64,000 nt of DNA from Cetorhinus maximus (lineage: Eukaryota): the NCBI RefSeq assembly GCF_964194155.1, contig NC_135892.1, positions 52,328,001 through 52,392,000 on the forward strand, in the 5' to 3' direction. The notes beneath the pieces are model-generated. The model searched no databases and was not told the DNA's origin. It worked only from the letters and a program-made list of their open reading frames with translations. Positions 49,955-63,383 of this stretch are shown one piece after another; position 1 is the stretch's first letter, and the number at the start of each line of letters is the position of its first letter. The position numbers were made by a program, and so were the translations under genes.

Positions 49955-50614
49955 GGACAGGATTTTCGGGTCACTGGGTGGGCAAGGCGGGCAGGCCCAG
50001 GAAAGGCCGACTGCGATTTCATACTGGCTGGCCAATTAACGGTTAGCCAGCGTGAAAGGCGTGCTGAGAAACTCAGCGCTGCCGGGGTGGGGGCGGGAGG
50101 AAGGCGAGCACAAAAGTCTGCACATGCACAGGGGAGCACGCACTGAAAGCTTCCTGAAGGCAGGGAGCTGCCTAAGGTAGCTGAAGAATGTTAAAATCAA
50201 AAATAAAGATTTTGAAAATCGGAAAAAAATGTCCCCCACATAGGACTCACTCACATGAACAGAAACATAATAAAAATTAGGACAAAACATTTTTTTTAAA
50301 CTAATGTCAGAAACCTCATCCCACCTGTGGATGAAGTTTCCTCAAAAATGCAAAGGCCGCCTGGCCAATTTGCCTGCCCGCCAATCGTAAAGTTGGATGA
50401 ACAGCAAAAAAGCAACAGTTAATTAATAATTTACTGGCCTTAATAGGCCTCTTAATTGTCGGTGGACGCGCTGCCGACTCTTGCGCATGCCCACCAGCCG
50501 AAATATCGCGCGAGTGTGTGATGATGTTCGTTTGCTCGCCCGACATCATCGCGCGCTATTTCATGCTCAGGCATGTCGGGTGCACACCCGCACGCTGAGC
50601 AGCAAATCCTGCCC
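49955..50614. mobile_element. Harbinger-derived MITE
   Basis: TIRs ggacaggattttc / aaatcctgccc, TSD CTG; close relative of 11711-12302. Confidence 0.85.
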
Positions 50615-52628
50615 CTGGAATTTAACAGGCTGGGTTGCATAATTGTTTTTACTATAATCACAACCAAAACATATATGACTGGCATTACCAGAGTAATTTA
50701 TATGTAAAAGAAAATCCTTAATACCATTATGTTTTTAACAAAAGTATAATTATTTGACAAGAAATAATGAAAAGAACAACTTGTTTCTTTTTCCTTCCTA
50801 CATACTTTTAATTAAACCATAAGACTTATTTTTCCTTCTGTCTGGATATCTTCCCCCATTTCCATTTCCATTAGTTTGACTCTCCTCTCTCATATCTCTG
50901 ACGTTGCTAACCCTGAGCTTTGACTTTGACTACCAACTCCACTTAATGGTTGGGTCTGTGACATTGATTGATTAGTCGTAATCAAAGACCTTGGCTCACT
51001 TTGCTCTACCAGTGTGTTCTATGTTACCAGTAAACTTCCAGTTTCTTTGTGCTATTCACTTTCTTTCTAACTTTCACTTTGGTCTGTGGGAGGAACTTAG
51101 ACCATAGGAAGGTTATCATGCTTTCCTTCCACCAGGTGTCTTTTTTCAAGCAAATGATCTACATGACACTGACAGAGTTTCTCACCAGTCTTCACTATAT
51201 ATGTGAATGCACCTAGTCTCTTTACAGCAACCCCATTCAAGTATTTCTCCTTACCACCTCAATAGTTTTTCACCATGACCCTGTGACCAGCACTGAACTC
51301 TCTAAGCTTCATGCCTCGCGTATCATGACTCACCTTCACTTTGTCTTGCTATTACATTGCTATTAGCGTCAGGCTTAAGCAAACTAAATAAGGAGTGTGT
51401 TTACACACTAACACATAAGGTGAGCTACCTGTTGTAGACTGTGTGGTTATTCTAAAAGATAACAAAATTTTCTTTCTGTTGTCAAAGAGAAACATGGAAA
51501 TCCCTATTTTGCTTGTCACCGAGCAAATGCTTCTGCAGCAGCCGCTTCACAATCTGCACACTTCTTTCTGCAGCACATCAGTTGCCGGGTGATTTGGTGG
51601 TACAGGAGCGTGTTTGATTTCATTCTTACTCAGAAATATTTCAAACTCTCCTGACATAAACTGCAAGCCATTGTCTGACACCCATAAATTGCAAACCAAC
51701 TTCTCAAAATCGCAAGAGTTTTTGCACTTGTGGCATTGCGCATAAACTCAACATTTATCCAATTACCAGCTATTGACCAAAACAATGTACTCTTTCCCTT
51801 CCACTTCAAAGAAATCAATGTGCACTCATTGCCATGGTTTTCTTGTATTTGACAATAGAATGGAAGTGACTTTGTGTGAATCATTTTTCATTCTGAGGCA
51901 CACTTCATAACTTTTCACCAATATCTCCACTCTCGGATACCAACAATAACCTGTTGCTACTGCTTTCATACAAACTATCCCTGTGTGCTCTTAATGTAGT
52001 CCCTCTACCAATCTCTCTCTAACCTTGATGGAACAATGAGACTTAAACTCCAAAAGAGACAGCCTGATCAACACATGGTTTATTTCTATGTGTGAAATAC
52101 TCCTGCAATTTCTCAGCAACACATTGTTTACACCAGCCATTCATGACAGAATTGAGCACTTTACTGAGCATCACATCCTGTAGAGTTTCTTCACTAATTT
52201 CTCTGGCAGACACTGGCACGTCATTTATGTATGTAAAGTAATTCACAGGTAACTCAGTGGCTAAGGCTGAGTCAGTCTTCATGGGAAATCTCAAAAGAAG
52301 GTCTGCATTTGCATGATCTGCTGACTTACAAAATTTAATATCATAAAGATGGGTCATCAAAATCAATGCCCAGCTCTGAAGCCGTGCTGCTGCTGGGGAT
52401 GGTACTTCCTTTGAACCAAATATGATGGGAAGGATTTGGTGGTCAGTTAACAAAGTGAACTCCATACTGTACAGGTACTGAGGAACTTTGTAACACCATG
52501 TATGATCGTTAATACCTTGTGAGTAATTTAGCCCTGACTTTGTTAAAGTACGGAGCATATGCCTCAGTAAAGCCTATGCTACAGATTTTTTCACACTATC
52601 TTCCAATGCTTTCTCAATGTCAGACTAT

Positions 52629-55600
52629 GGGCGGAATTGTCCAGGAATTGCACAAAGTGCAGTAGCAGGAGGGAAAAAAGTTGTTTTACCCACCAGCCAC
52701 AATAACGGATTTTCACGCTATCCCATTCCTGGCGCATCCTACCTCATTAATTATGCATCCATGGGAAGCATGCTGGTTTGCTGGTGGGTGGGCTTGGTAT
52801 GCCATGACCTCAGCACTTCCTCGATCCAGGCACAATGTTTAAAGTGCACCAGAGCGCAGCCTGCTTCATGTCCACAGACCAGGGCTGCTCCAGGTGACAG
52901 ATGGCACCGAAAGCAAAGAAGGCGGTAGCCCCCAAATTTAGTGATGCTTCCCTGGGGTGCCTGCTGGATGCAGCGGAAAGCCACCGCAATGTCCTCTGTC
53001 GCTGCTCTGGTCGAAGAAGATCCAGCAGAGTCACCAATCTGGCCTGGGAGGCAGTGGCAGTGGCAGTCAGCGCCACTGGAGCAGAGAGGAGGTCAGCCAT
53101 CCAGTTCAGGAAGAGGATGAACGATCTCCTCTGTTCCACCAGGGTAAGTCAACCACCTCATCATTCTCAACTCACACGCTCACAAACCATCACACATCCA
53201 CAGGGATCTCACACCTCAAGGGACAACACCACCGACTTTCACACACACCCTCACATCTCCATCAGGCTCATATCCTCTGGAGCTCACGTCCTGATCCCGT
53301 CCATGGCTCCGCTCACTGCACAAACATCCCACACAGTGCCATGTGTCCTGCTCACACTCTCTCCACCTGTTTTCATGTAGGAGAAACTGGCTGACAATAG
53401 CAGAGAGAGGTCCCAGACCCAGGGTGGAGTGGCCCAGATTAGGCCCCTCACTCACTTTGAGGAGTGTGCCATCATGCTGACTGGTGAAGACATGGACCAT
53501 GCCTGCAGTGATGGAGAGATCAGCATGACATGAGGGTCCTGCATCAGATCATCTCTCTCTCAATGCAACTGACTGCTCTCTCTCCTGCTTTTGACTCTGC
53601 TGCCATGCACTAATTATCTCTACTTTGGTTCACAGGGAGCTCTGCCAAGCGACCGACACCCTCAGCCAGCCAGTCCCTCAGCTCCGCCCGGGTCCTCACC
53701 TCCAGCCAAGAGGACACCTCCTCCATTGAAGAACTGGAAATAAGCAGCCTGGTAGACCCATCATAGCACTTACCCACAACACCCAACAACACACACCTCA
53801 ATGGGACCTAGGTCTGGAGCGGGCTTGAGTTCACAATCTGGTGTTCGCCACATGGACAAGTGTCTGCAGCAGGGGGAGGCAGGTGCAGCTGAGCTCCCTG
53901 GCACTTGGAGGACTACTGGAGAAGAGGTATCTGTGAGGTTCGAGTCAGATGATGAGCCTCTGGACTCAGACTTTCAACTCATCCTGCAGAGTCAGCAGAA
54001 GGTGGGGGAACATCACGCAGAGCTGTTGGAAGCCCTCAACAGAGTGGCACATGAGTCGGAGGAGTGTGTCTGCCTGCTCTCTGATGAAGTGGCGCTCACA
54101 TGTGCATGTATGCAAGTCTCCACGGGAAGGATGGCGGATGCCATGGAAGCCCTGGTCCAGCAGAACGCGGAGGTGCTCTCGGACCTGCACTCCATTGCAG
54201 TAGCCATGGGAGCGTTCCTGCAGTGGCAATTTGAGAGGGAAACAGAGCAAATTGACATCCCTCCAGGTGCTCCTTCCCCTCACGGAGTCAGGCCGGAGCC
54301 CTAGGCCACTGGAAGGGAGGAGAAGCAGAGCTGAATACCTCTGGGGCATTCACTCAGGAATCTCAGAGGCTGTGCGCTCCCTCTGAGCCTCTTTTGCCTG
54401 TGATCCCTTCAACCTTGTCCTCTGTCACCGCAGAAGGAGCAGCCGGCCCACAGGAGGACAGCCAAAACAAGCCAGGGCACTCAAGGCCTTGGCTCTCCAG
54501 AGGACGCATGCCGGAGGCAACAGGGCCAACTATTGCACAGATTGTCTCCACCCCTGTTGTGGATGTCAGAGCAGCACCTAAAAGAAGTCGTCGGCCTAGA
54601 AAGTTAAAAAATTCTGATAACAAGTGGTTGCATGGGTGAACACATATTGTCACTTTATATTTTGAAAATATATTCACTTTCACTGAACAATGTGTAATGG
54701 TGTCTTTCAGCTTCATTGACAGGCTTCACGAGTCCTCCCCTGGATTCCCCCACCACCCCTTCAACTGACAGTTCAGCTGCATGCAGCTGGCCCACGAGTG
54801 ATTCTGGAGGGAGAAGTGTGTGTGCGGCAGGGCCCTTCGGAGCCTTGTGCAAGCACTCTCCCACACACACGGAGCCTTCATCTGTCACACTCATCTCAAT
54901 GTCCTGAGCATTTTCAATGCTGCCTGCTGGGGTTCACTCTCAGTTGTCCATCTGAGCTGACCTGCATCTCCACCCACTGATCACACTCCCATGCAGCACC
55001 TGCACCCATCCAACACGAGGCTCTGCTCACTTTCGATTTCAACAAAAATGGACATAGTCAACTCCCTGGTCCTTTCTCCTCCCCCAGCCGCCCATGTCCT
55101 TTCCCCCATCACTGTCGACCCCCCTGTATCACCTTCCACCTCCCCATTGTCACCTAACACCCGTTTTCCAGGATGTCCAGGTGAATGTGCATGTCCCCTA
55201 CCTTCCTAAGAATCCCACCCCATCCACATTGACCTCCCTGACCTCCTCCTTCCCACCTCTGTGTCTGCCTCCAAGTCCCCGCCAACCACCCTCACCATCC
55301 CTTCTACCACTACCGTTGCACCCTCACCCTCCCTCCCTTCTGGCTCACTCTGCCCCCTCTCATACTCACCATTTTGTCCTACCATGCCGACCCTCAGTTT
55401 GCTCCCCAGGACGACTCCACAGACCCCTCCCTTGCATGTTCACCTGGACAGTCCCCAGGCCTTACTCCCTCCTCCACACTTATTCCCTCCTCCGCCAGAT
55501 ACCTTCCTCCACCCGGACAGCTTCCCCCCTCCAGACTCCTTCCCCCACTCCGGACCCCCTCCTTGTACTGGACTCTAGCCCTTCCAAACTCCTTCCCCCC

Positions 55601-56348
55601 ACCAAACTCTTTCCCTTACACCTTTCTCCCCCCTTACACCATACTACTTGCCGCATTGTTCCCGTTACACCCTCCTTCGCCGCTACTCTCTCCTCTGCCC
55701 TCCAAACCTCACCCTCCCGACACCTTTGATCCCTCCCCTCCCAACCTCACCCCCCTGGTACATCTTCCTCTCCCACTCACAGCTGGATCTTCCTCTCCCA
55801 CCTTGCGCCGATCATCCACAGCAACCAAGACCGTGATGTTCCGAAGCAGACCTGAGACATTAACGCAGACCTCTCACCTTCCCAGAGCTACTTTGCGGTG
55901 GAGCCATGTCCATGAGAATCCACCCAGCATGTGATGCATGTGTTCCTCCAGGGTCCAGTAGCTGCAGGCCTCCAGCATCTTCTTCCTCTCTGATGTCCGC
56001 GATCTGAGCAAGGCTTTAACGGTAAGTCCTGACTTCTGCATGTCACACTTGTCCAGCTGCATTCTGGGCCGGTGTATTTTCCCACCAGTGTAACAGTAAA
56101 TCTGGCGTGGGGGGTGTTGATTCCAGTCGGGCCTTACTTTGCATCCCATTAGCGGGATGCAAATTGTGTTCACACCGGCCTCCAGTGGGATTAGCGTTCT
56201 GCCATGGCGGACACCACCAGATGATCCCATTGTGCTTTCACGCTGGCATGAAACTGATTTTTGGCCTTCTCGCCATATGGTTCCCCCCCACCTCCCCAAC
56301 ACCCCCGCCACGGTGTGCAATGCCAGCGGGGCCGGAAAATTCCAGCCG
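52629..56348. mobile_element. PIF/Harbinger element with three-exon Myb gene and no recognisable intact transposase
   Basis: TIRs gggcggaattgtcc / ggaaaattccagccg, TSD tat/cat; inserted in the Gypsy. Confidence 0.85.
52901..54639 (+). pseudogene. Spliced Harbinger Myb/SANT-like gene (exons 52901-53143, 53381-~53535, 53636-54639)
   Basis: MAPKAKKAVAPKFSDASLGCLLDA...AWEAVA...QFRKRMNDLLCSTR|gtaagt; tag|EKLADNSRERSQTQGG...LTHFEE; coiled-coil exon 3 ending PKRSRRPRKLK; internal stops. Confidence 0.85.
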
Positions 56349-57523
56349 CATTCTTACAGATTTCTACTATAAATAACCGTATTTTCTTAAACTAGCTCCT
56401 TCCCATCTGGGAGGCTTTGTTCCCTCCAACCACCTCCAATGGCAATTAATATGACGATGCATCATATTCCACCCCAGCACGAACTTGACCTAACACTTGA
56501 ATACCGTTATTGGAGTAACTAGTGAGTTTCATACCAGTTTTGTGTAAGGGAATGTGACTTAGGGATTCCTTGTACTCTGCTTCTGGGATAACAGACATTG
56601 TTGCAGGTCAATCAACGAAGAAAGTAAGTTGTGAATCTTTGACTTCCATTTCTACTGTGGATACTGCAATTATATCTTCAGGCTGTTGACTCTCAGCTTT
56701 CATGTGATGTTTTTCATGCTCTCTGACAGAGTACAACTCTTGATCTTCCTGCTCGATAGCATCAGCTTTTGTTTCCACATCTATCACATGCGCATTCACA
56801 AACTTCCAGGCTCTTGAACTAGCTTGAGATCTACAACCACTGTGACCTGGGGCTGGACTGTAACCTGGAGCACTGCTGTTTCCGCCATCTGGATATGACC
56901 GACTTTTTCACAGGCATCCCAGAAGGAAGAACAGTAAAAACTGGGAATTAAGAATACTGTAGACTCAAATGCTGGAGCTTCATCGAGTGTATTTCTCATA
57001 TCACACCATATGCTGTGGCTGATGCCTTGTTAGTTCGATACACAGGTTGTAGTGCAGCAGTGAGTGGTCTGGCACACTGGATGCTTATGTATACATACAC
57101 ATGAACATATAATTCCTAAATCATGTTGGAATGATATAACAATATAACATTCCTCTTTCTTTAAAAACTGCCTATTTATAAGAATATAGTGTTCCAATCA
57201 ACGTTTTTTAGTTTTATGTCTAAACTAATGGACGATCAACTTTTGTTATTAAACTGAACACCTTAATGGTCTTTTATAGTTTGTTTTTGGTATCGTTTAA
57301 GTGTATGATGTTGTGACTCCATCTTGTGGATTTGGCAATCATCGCTCTCAGTGATGAGCTGGCACACTGTATTGGCGATCTTGTGCGTGCTGCCCCTGGA
57401 GCTGTAGGAGTTGTGCTTGGTGTTGCTGGTTTTGTGTCACTTGCTGGTGAAGTTGTTAATGCTGTACCACTTGTTGGTGATGTTGCTGATATTGTCTCAC
57501 TGGTTAGTAATATTACTGGTGTT

Positions 57524-60500
57524 TGTTACAGTGCAGTACATGGTAAATGCTGAACTGCTCAAAGCACAGAGAGAAACTTGAAACAACTGCCACAACTGTT
57601 TTGCAATTTGCATTTTGATTTCGAGATGCATGCCTTGAATTCAGTAGTAATAAGTCTACTGAGACTTAAAAGTTTTTATAAAACTAAATTAAACAATTTT
57701 AATAGAAGAAATAATTTTAAGTACATACATGGGTCTACAAATTATTACTATGATAACTCCTAGCTCCCCTAATTAGTCTAACTCACAGTTACACCTTAGT
57801 TAGGGCAACAGTAAAAACAAAATCAATTTTAACAGTCCCAGGCAAAGCACATGATACCCTGTTCAGGGATATTCAGAGTGAATTCGGTTCCTACAGGCAG
57901 CAGCTAGGTATATGGAGGCTTTTCACCCTTGTTAGATCTTGGAATGCCTTCTTTCCTTACACATAACCTCATCTCCTTTATACATATGTCTCCCTTTATA
58001 ATGTAAATCCCAGTGTTTCAATATGACTTTGGACTTTACCTTTCTAATAATAAAAATCTTTCATAGTACCAATTTTGTCAATAAGCTTTGGGAAAAATAA
58101 ACACACTGTTTGGCTTCTTCTGGCTAAGTGTAATATTTCACCCTCTCTTTGAAATTCACAACTACTCTGGTTTATCTCAAAATGCAAATTTTCCTTTTAC
58201 ACCTCACATTGTAAAAGTTCAGCCACGTTTAGTTACTTAGCATTTCAAGCCTAGCTTCTCTTCTGATACAGAAAAGCTTTTGGACCAACTGCCTTCAGTT
58301 CAATTAAGTGACACACACACACTATCCAGACCCCACTATTCCTACTTTACAATAATCCCAATAACCTTCTAAAAATTATTATATTTTCATGACACTCTCC
58401 TCCTTATTGAAAAATGAACCGTCATGATTTAAAGATAACTTCATTTTGTTAACCCACCTCACATTATTTCCTATACTTATTACACTATTAAATTACCAGA
58501 TACATGCATTAACATAACAATATATACAAATCCTTTATGTCAACAGAATCATTCCAGTCCAGCGCCTAGATTTTAAATGTACAATTTTCTCTTTAAGCTT
58601 CAAACTATCGACAACGCATCTGCAATCATATTTTCTCATCTAGCCACATGTACAATCTGTAGATTAAACAGTTGTAGTAATAAGCTCCATCTGAATAGCC
58701 TTGCACTTCTGTCTCAAAATTTGTCCAGAAATTTTAAAGGATTGTGGCCTGTGTAAAGAATTGTTTCTATTGAATTGTTTAGCATGTAAATCACAAAATG
58801 CTGCAATGCTAACACCAGACCCAAAGTCTCCCTTTTGATCGTTGAATATCTTCTCTGCTGCTTTTGCAACTGTGAAAAATACCCTATCGGTTTCTCAAGT
58901 CCAGTGTCATCTTCTTGTAACAAGATGGTACCAATGCCTGTATCGCTTGCATCAACAGCCAACTTAAATTGCTTGGCATGATTGGATACTGCCAATACTT
59001 GTAGTCAATACAGTTTTCAAACTATCAAATTCATTCTGACACTCCTGTGGCCCTTGAAACTTCTTGGTCGTTTTTAATAGGTCAGTCAATGGAGCAACAA
59101 TATTGCTAAACTTAGGTACAAATTTCTGGTAAAACCCACTCATGCCTAGAAATCTCAAAACTTCTCATTTTGTTGTAGGCACAGGGAAATCCAATGTAGC
59201 CTTGACTTTCACATCTCTCAGAGCCACCTTACCATGTCCAATGGTATAGCCTAAATATGTAACTTGCGCTTTTGCAAATTCACTTTTAGCCAAGTTAATC
59301 ACCAAATTAGCTTCTTGTAATTGACAAAACAATTCTTCCAGGTGCTGTAAATGCTCCTCCCACATTTGAATGAAAACTATCAGGTTGTCAATATAAACAC
59401 AACAATTGCTCAGTCTTTCAATTACTTTGTCAGACCTTGAAATGTTGCAGGTGCATTTTTCATGCCAAATGGCATGACTTTAAACTGATATAGTCCATCT
59501 GCATCATAAAAGCCGATATATCCTTAGCTCACTCTCATAACGGTCCTTGCCAATATCCTCTAAGTGAGTCAACCTTTGTGATAAATTTTGATTGTCCCAC
59601 TTTTTCAATGCAATCTTCTAACTGTGGTATAGGGTATGAATCTGTTTTTTGTCACCACATTCACCTTTTGATAGCCCACACACAGTCTTTGTTTTCCATC
59701 CAGTTTCAGTACCAGCACAATTGGTGAACTCCAGTTGCTACAACTAGGCTCAGTGATATCAGTTCGAAGCATGAATTCAATTTCTTTCTGTACTTGTGAT
59801 AAATTTGCCGGATTTGATCTATAGGGATGTTGTCTTAGTGAAGATGAAACTTCTACACATACATTCATGAAAAGCTAAATTTGTCCTCCCCAGCTTATTC
59901 CCACAAATAGCTTTGTGTAACTACAATAGCTTCTCCAAATCACTTTGGCACTTGTCTGTAAGGTAACTCATTATTGCATTTAAATTTTTTCAAGTATCCC
60001 TCATTATCCAATCTGATTAGAGAAAAATCAATTTCAGAATCCTGCCATTTCTACTTCTTTCTCTTCATCTACTAATACCTCCTTTTAGTCCTTTACTATG
60101 TCAAAGTACTTTTTAAGCAAATTTACATGACACATCCTCAGCTTCTTTCTTCTATCTGGAGTATTTATTAAATAATTGACTTTCCTCAATTTCTTTTCAA
60201 TCCTGTAAGGCCCACTAAACCTTGCCTTTAATAAGTCACCCAGTACTGGTAACAGGACTAGTACTTATCAGCAACAAAACTATGAGCTGTGGCTTTCCTG
60301 TCTGCCTTCACTTTCATCACTTGCTGTGATATCTTTAAATGTTCCCTAGTTAACTCACATGCTCTGCCCAATCTTTCTCTGAAGTTCAGGAGAGTAGTTT
60401 CTGAACTTTGACCCACCAATTTCTCATTAATCAATTTCAGTGGTCCCCTTACCTCATGACCATAAACTAGTTCAAAAGGACTAAACCAATCAATGCATTA

Positions 60501-63340
60501 GGAGCATCCTTAATAGCAAATAACAAGAATGGAATTCCCCTAACTCAATCCTGTGGATAATCCTGACTATACACCCTCATCATAGTTTTTAAAGTTTGAA
60601 GCCATCTTTCCAAAGCCCCTTGTGACTCAGGATAGTAAGCTGTTGACCTAAACTGTTTTATCGCCAATGTGTTCATTACTTCCTTAAACAGCTGTGACAT
60701 GAAATTTTAACCCTGATCTGATTGTACTTCTTATGGTAAACCATATCTTGTTAAAAATTTAGTCAATTCTTGGATAATTCTCTTTGTTGTAATATTTCTC
60801 AAAAGTATTGCTTCAGGAAATTTTGTAGACACATCCATTATTGTCAGTAAGTACTGATTTCCACTTTTTTCTTAGGGAGGGGTCTTACACAATCAATCAC
60901 GGCCTTATGAAAAGGTTCTTCAAATGCTAGAGTTGGAATTAAAGATGCCAGCTTACTCACCACTTGTGGTTTCCGTAACACCTGACATGTGTGACATGTT
61001 CTACAGAATTTGACTACATCTCTATGCAATCCAGGCCAAGAAAAATGTTTTTGTATATTCGCCTATGTCTTTCTAATTCCTAAATATCCCTCCATTCGAA
61101 TTTCATGAACTATCCTCACAATATCATTTCTATATCCAAAGAGTATAACGATCTGATGCACTTCCTTCCAGCTTTTGTTTGCTGAAACATGATAAGGCCT
61201 CCATTTTTCTCATTAAAACATTACCCTTAAGGTAATAATATTCTGGAATAAATTCAGCCTCTGTTTCTAAGTAAGCTGTCTAATATAACTGTCTTATTTG
61301 TGCATCCTTTTTTTGTAACTCTACCATCTGCCTTGAGTTAAACACTTCAGCTACATTGTCTTCCAGTCATTCTTCCTGGACAACTTTATCAAACACAGTG
61401 CCAGCTAATTGGACTTCCACAGTTTCTCTCTTATTTTTAACTTCCTGTTCTTCCTTTTCAATCTGTGAGCTTGTGATCATACAACCTGGAAATAATCCAG
61501 GATGCTCTCTCTGCAACAGTTCTGCGGATAATGCTTCTACAGGCTACTCAACTACCAGAGGCATCACTCACATCTGGGGCCCAGATTTCATTACTCAAAA
61601 TAAATTGAACTCTTGCAATGGGCAATTTTTCCATTACTCCAACAATCAGCTCACCTGTTTGCCACTTACTCTTTAAATTTACCTTCCACAATGGAATAGG
61701 TTTAGCAACTCCATGAACCGATTTATTATTACCTGTTCCTACAATACTCTCGCTGAACAACAAATATCACTATCCCATAATATTAAGGATTCACTAGCCC
61801 CTGTGTCTCTTAAGATTTTAACATCTTTACCTACTCCACTCTGTACACATGGAATGACTTTCCCATCACATACAAGATCTTTAAACATTCCTGCAACCTG
61901 CTCCTCAGAACTCTCTTGTGTAAATTGTGAACAGATTCCCACTTCTTTATCTATTGCTGATTCTTCCTGTTTTACCTGTACACAAACCATTGGTTTTTCC
62001 TGTGCCTAAACCTCAGAATCCACAGTACTTTTACTTCCAGAACTTTTCTGCACCCCAATAATCCCAATATATTTTCCCTGCAATTTCAAACACACTGACT
62101 TTGTGTATCCAACTTTATTGCAATGAAAACACCTCAATTTTCGAGTGTCACCTCTACCCTCAGTACCTTCCTTTTTATTCTGAGAAAAAAAACTTCCTGG
62201 GAAATTCCACCTGTTCTTTCTCTTCTCTGGCTACCCACCTTCATTTCACCTTCCCACTTTCTATCCTTCTCTGATTTAAAAGGGTGATGAAGAAAAGGTT
62301 TAGCTCTATGAACTAACTCATAATCATCACCTATCTCTGCTGCTTGTCTTACCATTTCAACCCTCTGTTCATCCACATGAGTTCTCACTACTGAAGGAAT
62401 TGAATCTTTAAATTCTTCTAAAATAATTGCTTATCTAAGAGCTGCATATTTCATCTCTATCTTTAATGCCCATATCCACCAGTCAAAATTACTTTGTTTT
62501 ACTCTCTCAAACTCAATATAAGTTTGCCCACTGTTTTCTCAAATTCTTAAATCTCTGCCAATATGCCTCAGGAACCAACTCATATACACTCAAAATAGCC
62601 TTTTTTATCACATCATTGTTCACCGACTTTTCTTGTGACAATGAAGCTTAAGCCTCATGTGCTCTACCCATCAACCTGGGTTGTAACAACAATGTCCAGT
62701 TTTCCTGTGGCCATTTTATCTTCTCAAATGAAATAAAGAATGCTTCAACATCTCTTTCCTCAAACTTTAGAAGAGCTTGTACAAATTTAAACATCTCCCC
62801 ACTGGGTTCCAATCTGGAAATAAGGCTTCCACAGCTACTGGTGTCTCTTTTTTAACTGCCAGAATTTTAAGCTGGATCCCTCTTTCTTTCTCTCCCCCTC
62901 TCTTTTTCTCTTCCCTTCTTTTCTAACCTCACCATTTCTAATTCCCTTTCCTGTTTTCTTTCTCTCTCCTGCCTTTTTGACTGTTCCCTTTGGAATGCCC
63001 CTTTTCTTTCCTTTTCTTTTTCTTTCTCTGCCCTTTCTTTTCCTTCTGCCTCTAGTTCCAATTTTTTTCATTTGCATCTGAATTTGAGCCCATTTCAACC
63101 ACCCACTCCTTGGAGAATTTGGTCTCTAGAGTATTCCTTCCAATTTTAAATGCTGTGCTATACCATCAATTATGTCTGATTTCCTTATCCCTGCAGGTAA
63201 TCCGAATTGTAACTTATCTGCCAATTCCATTAACTTAGTTTTATTTACCTTTTTTAAACCAACCAAAGTTATAACTTCAACTCCCAGACAGGTCTTAGCA
63301 ACTGCCAAAGTCATATTGCAATCTCACCACTTTTGAAAAA
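57524..63340 (-). mobile_element. Gmr1-like Gypsy LTR retrotransposon (gag-PR-IN-RT-RH), degenerate
   Basis: gag from 63314, protease RDTGAS (~61800), integrase CRTCHTCQ (60844-61029) upstream of RT (59868-59165) and RNase H AVDASD (58714-58995); PPT ggaggagag; 3' LTR 57524-58394. Confidence 0.9.
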
Positions 63341-63383
63341 TTTCACACCAACTCCTGAATTCAAAGTCCTTCTCATACTCATA

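Larger units (their letters stand above)
49713..57008 (-). mobile_element. Old Gypsy element lacking RT
   Basis: PBS-like tggtgtga at 57008, gag remnant 56999-, RNase H (RTLTKS..NYSQ, TDHQ, ARLQSWALIL 52043-52558), integrase 51450-52000, PPT gagtgggagggag and 3' LTR 49713-49853 (tgtagtgt..acaccaca). Confidence 0.8.

Noticed and set aside
55094-55934. Long Pro-rich ORFs (186-211 aa)
   Set aside because: C-rich low-complexity DNA lacking stops by composition; no domain signal.
57326-57553. Hydrophobic + strand ORF resembling a membrane peptide
   Set aside because: Antisense reading of a Thr/Pro/Ala-rich Gypsy pol tail.
62835-63098. Lys/Arg/Glu-rich ORFs suggesting a novel basic protein
   Set aside because: Purine-rich coiled-coil segment of the Gmr1-like gag read in shifted frames.
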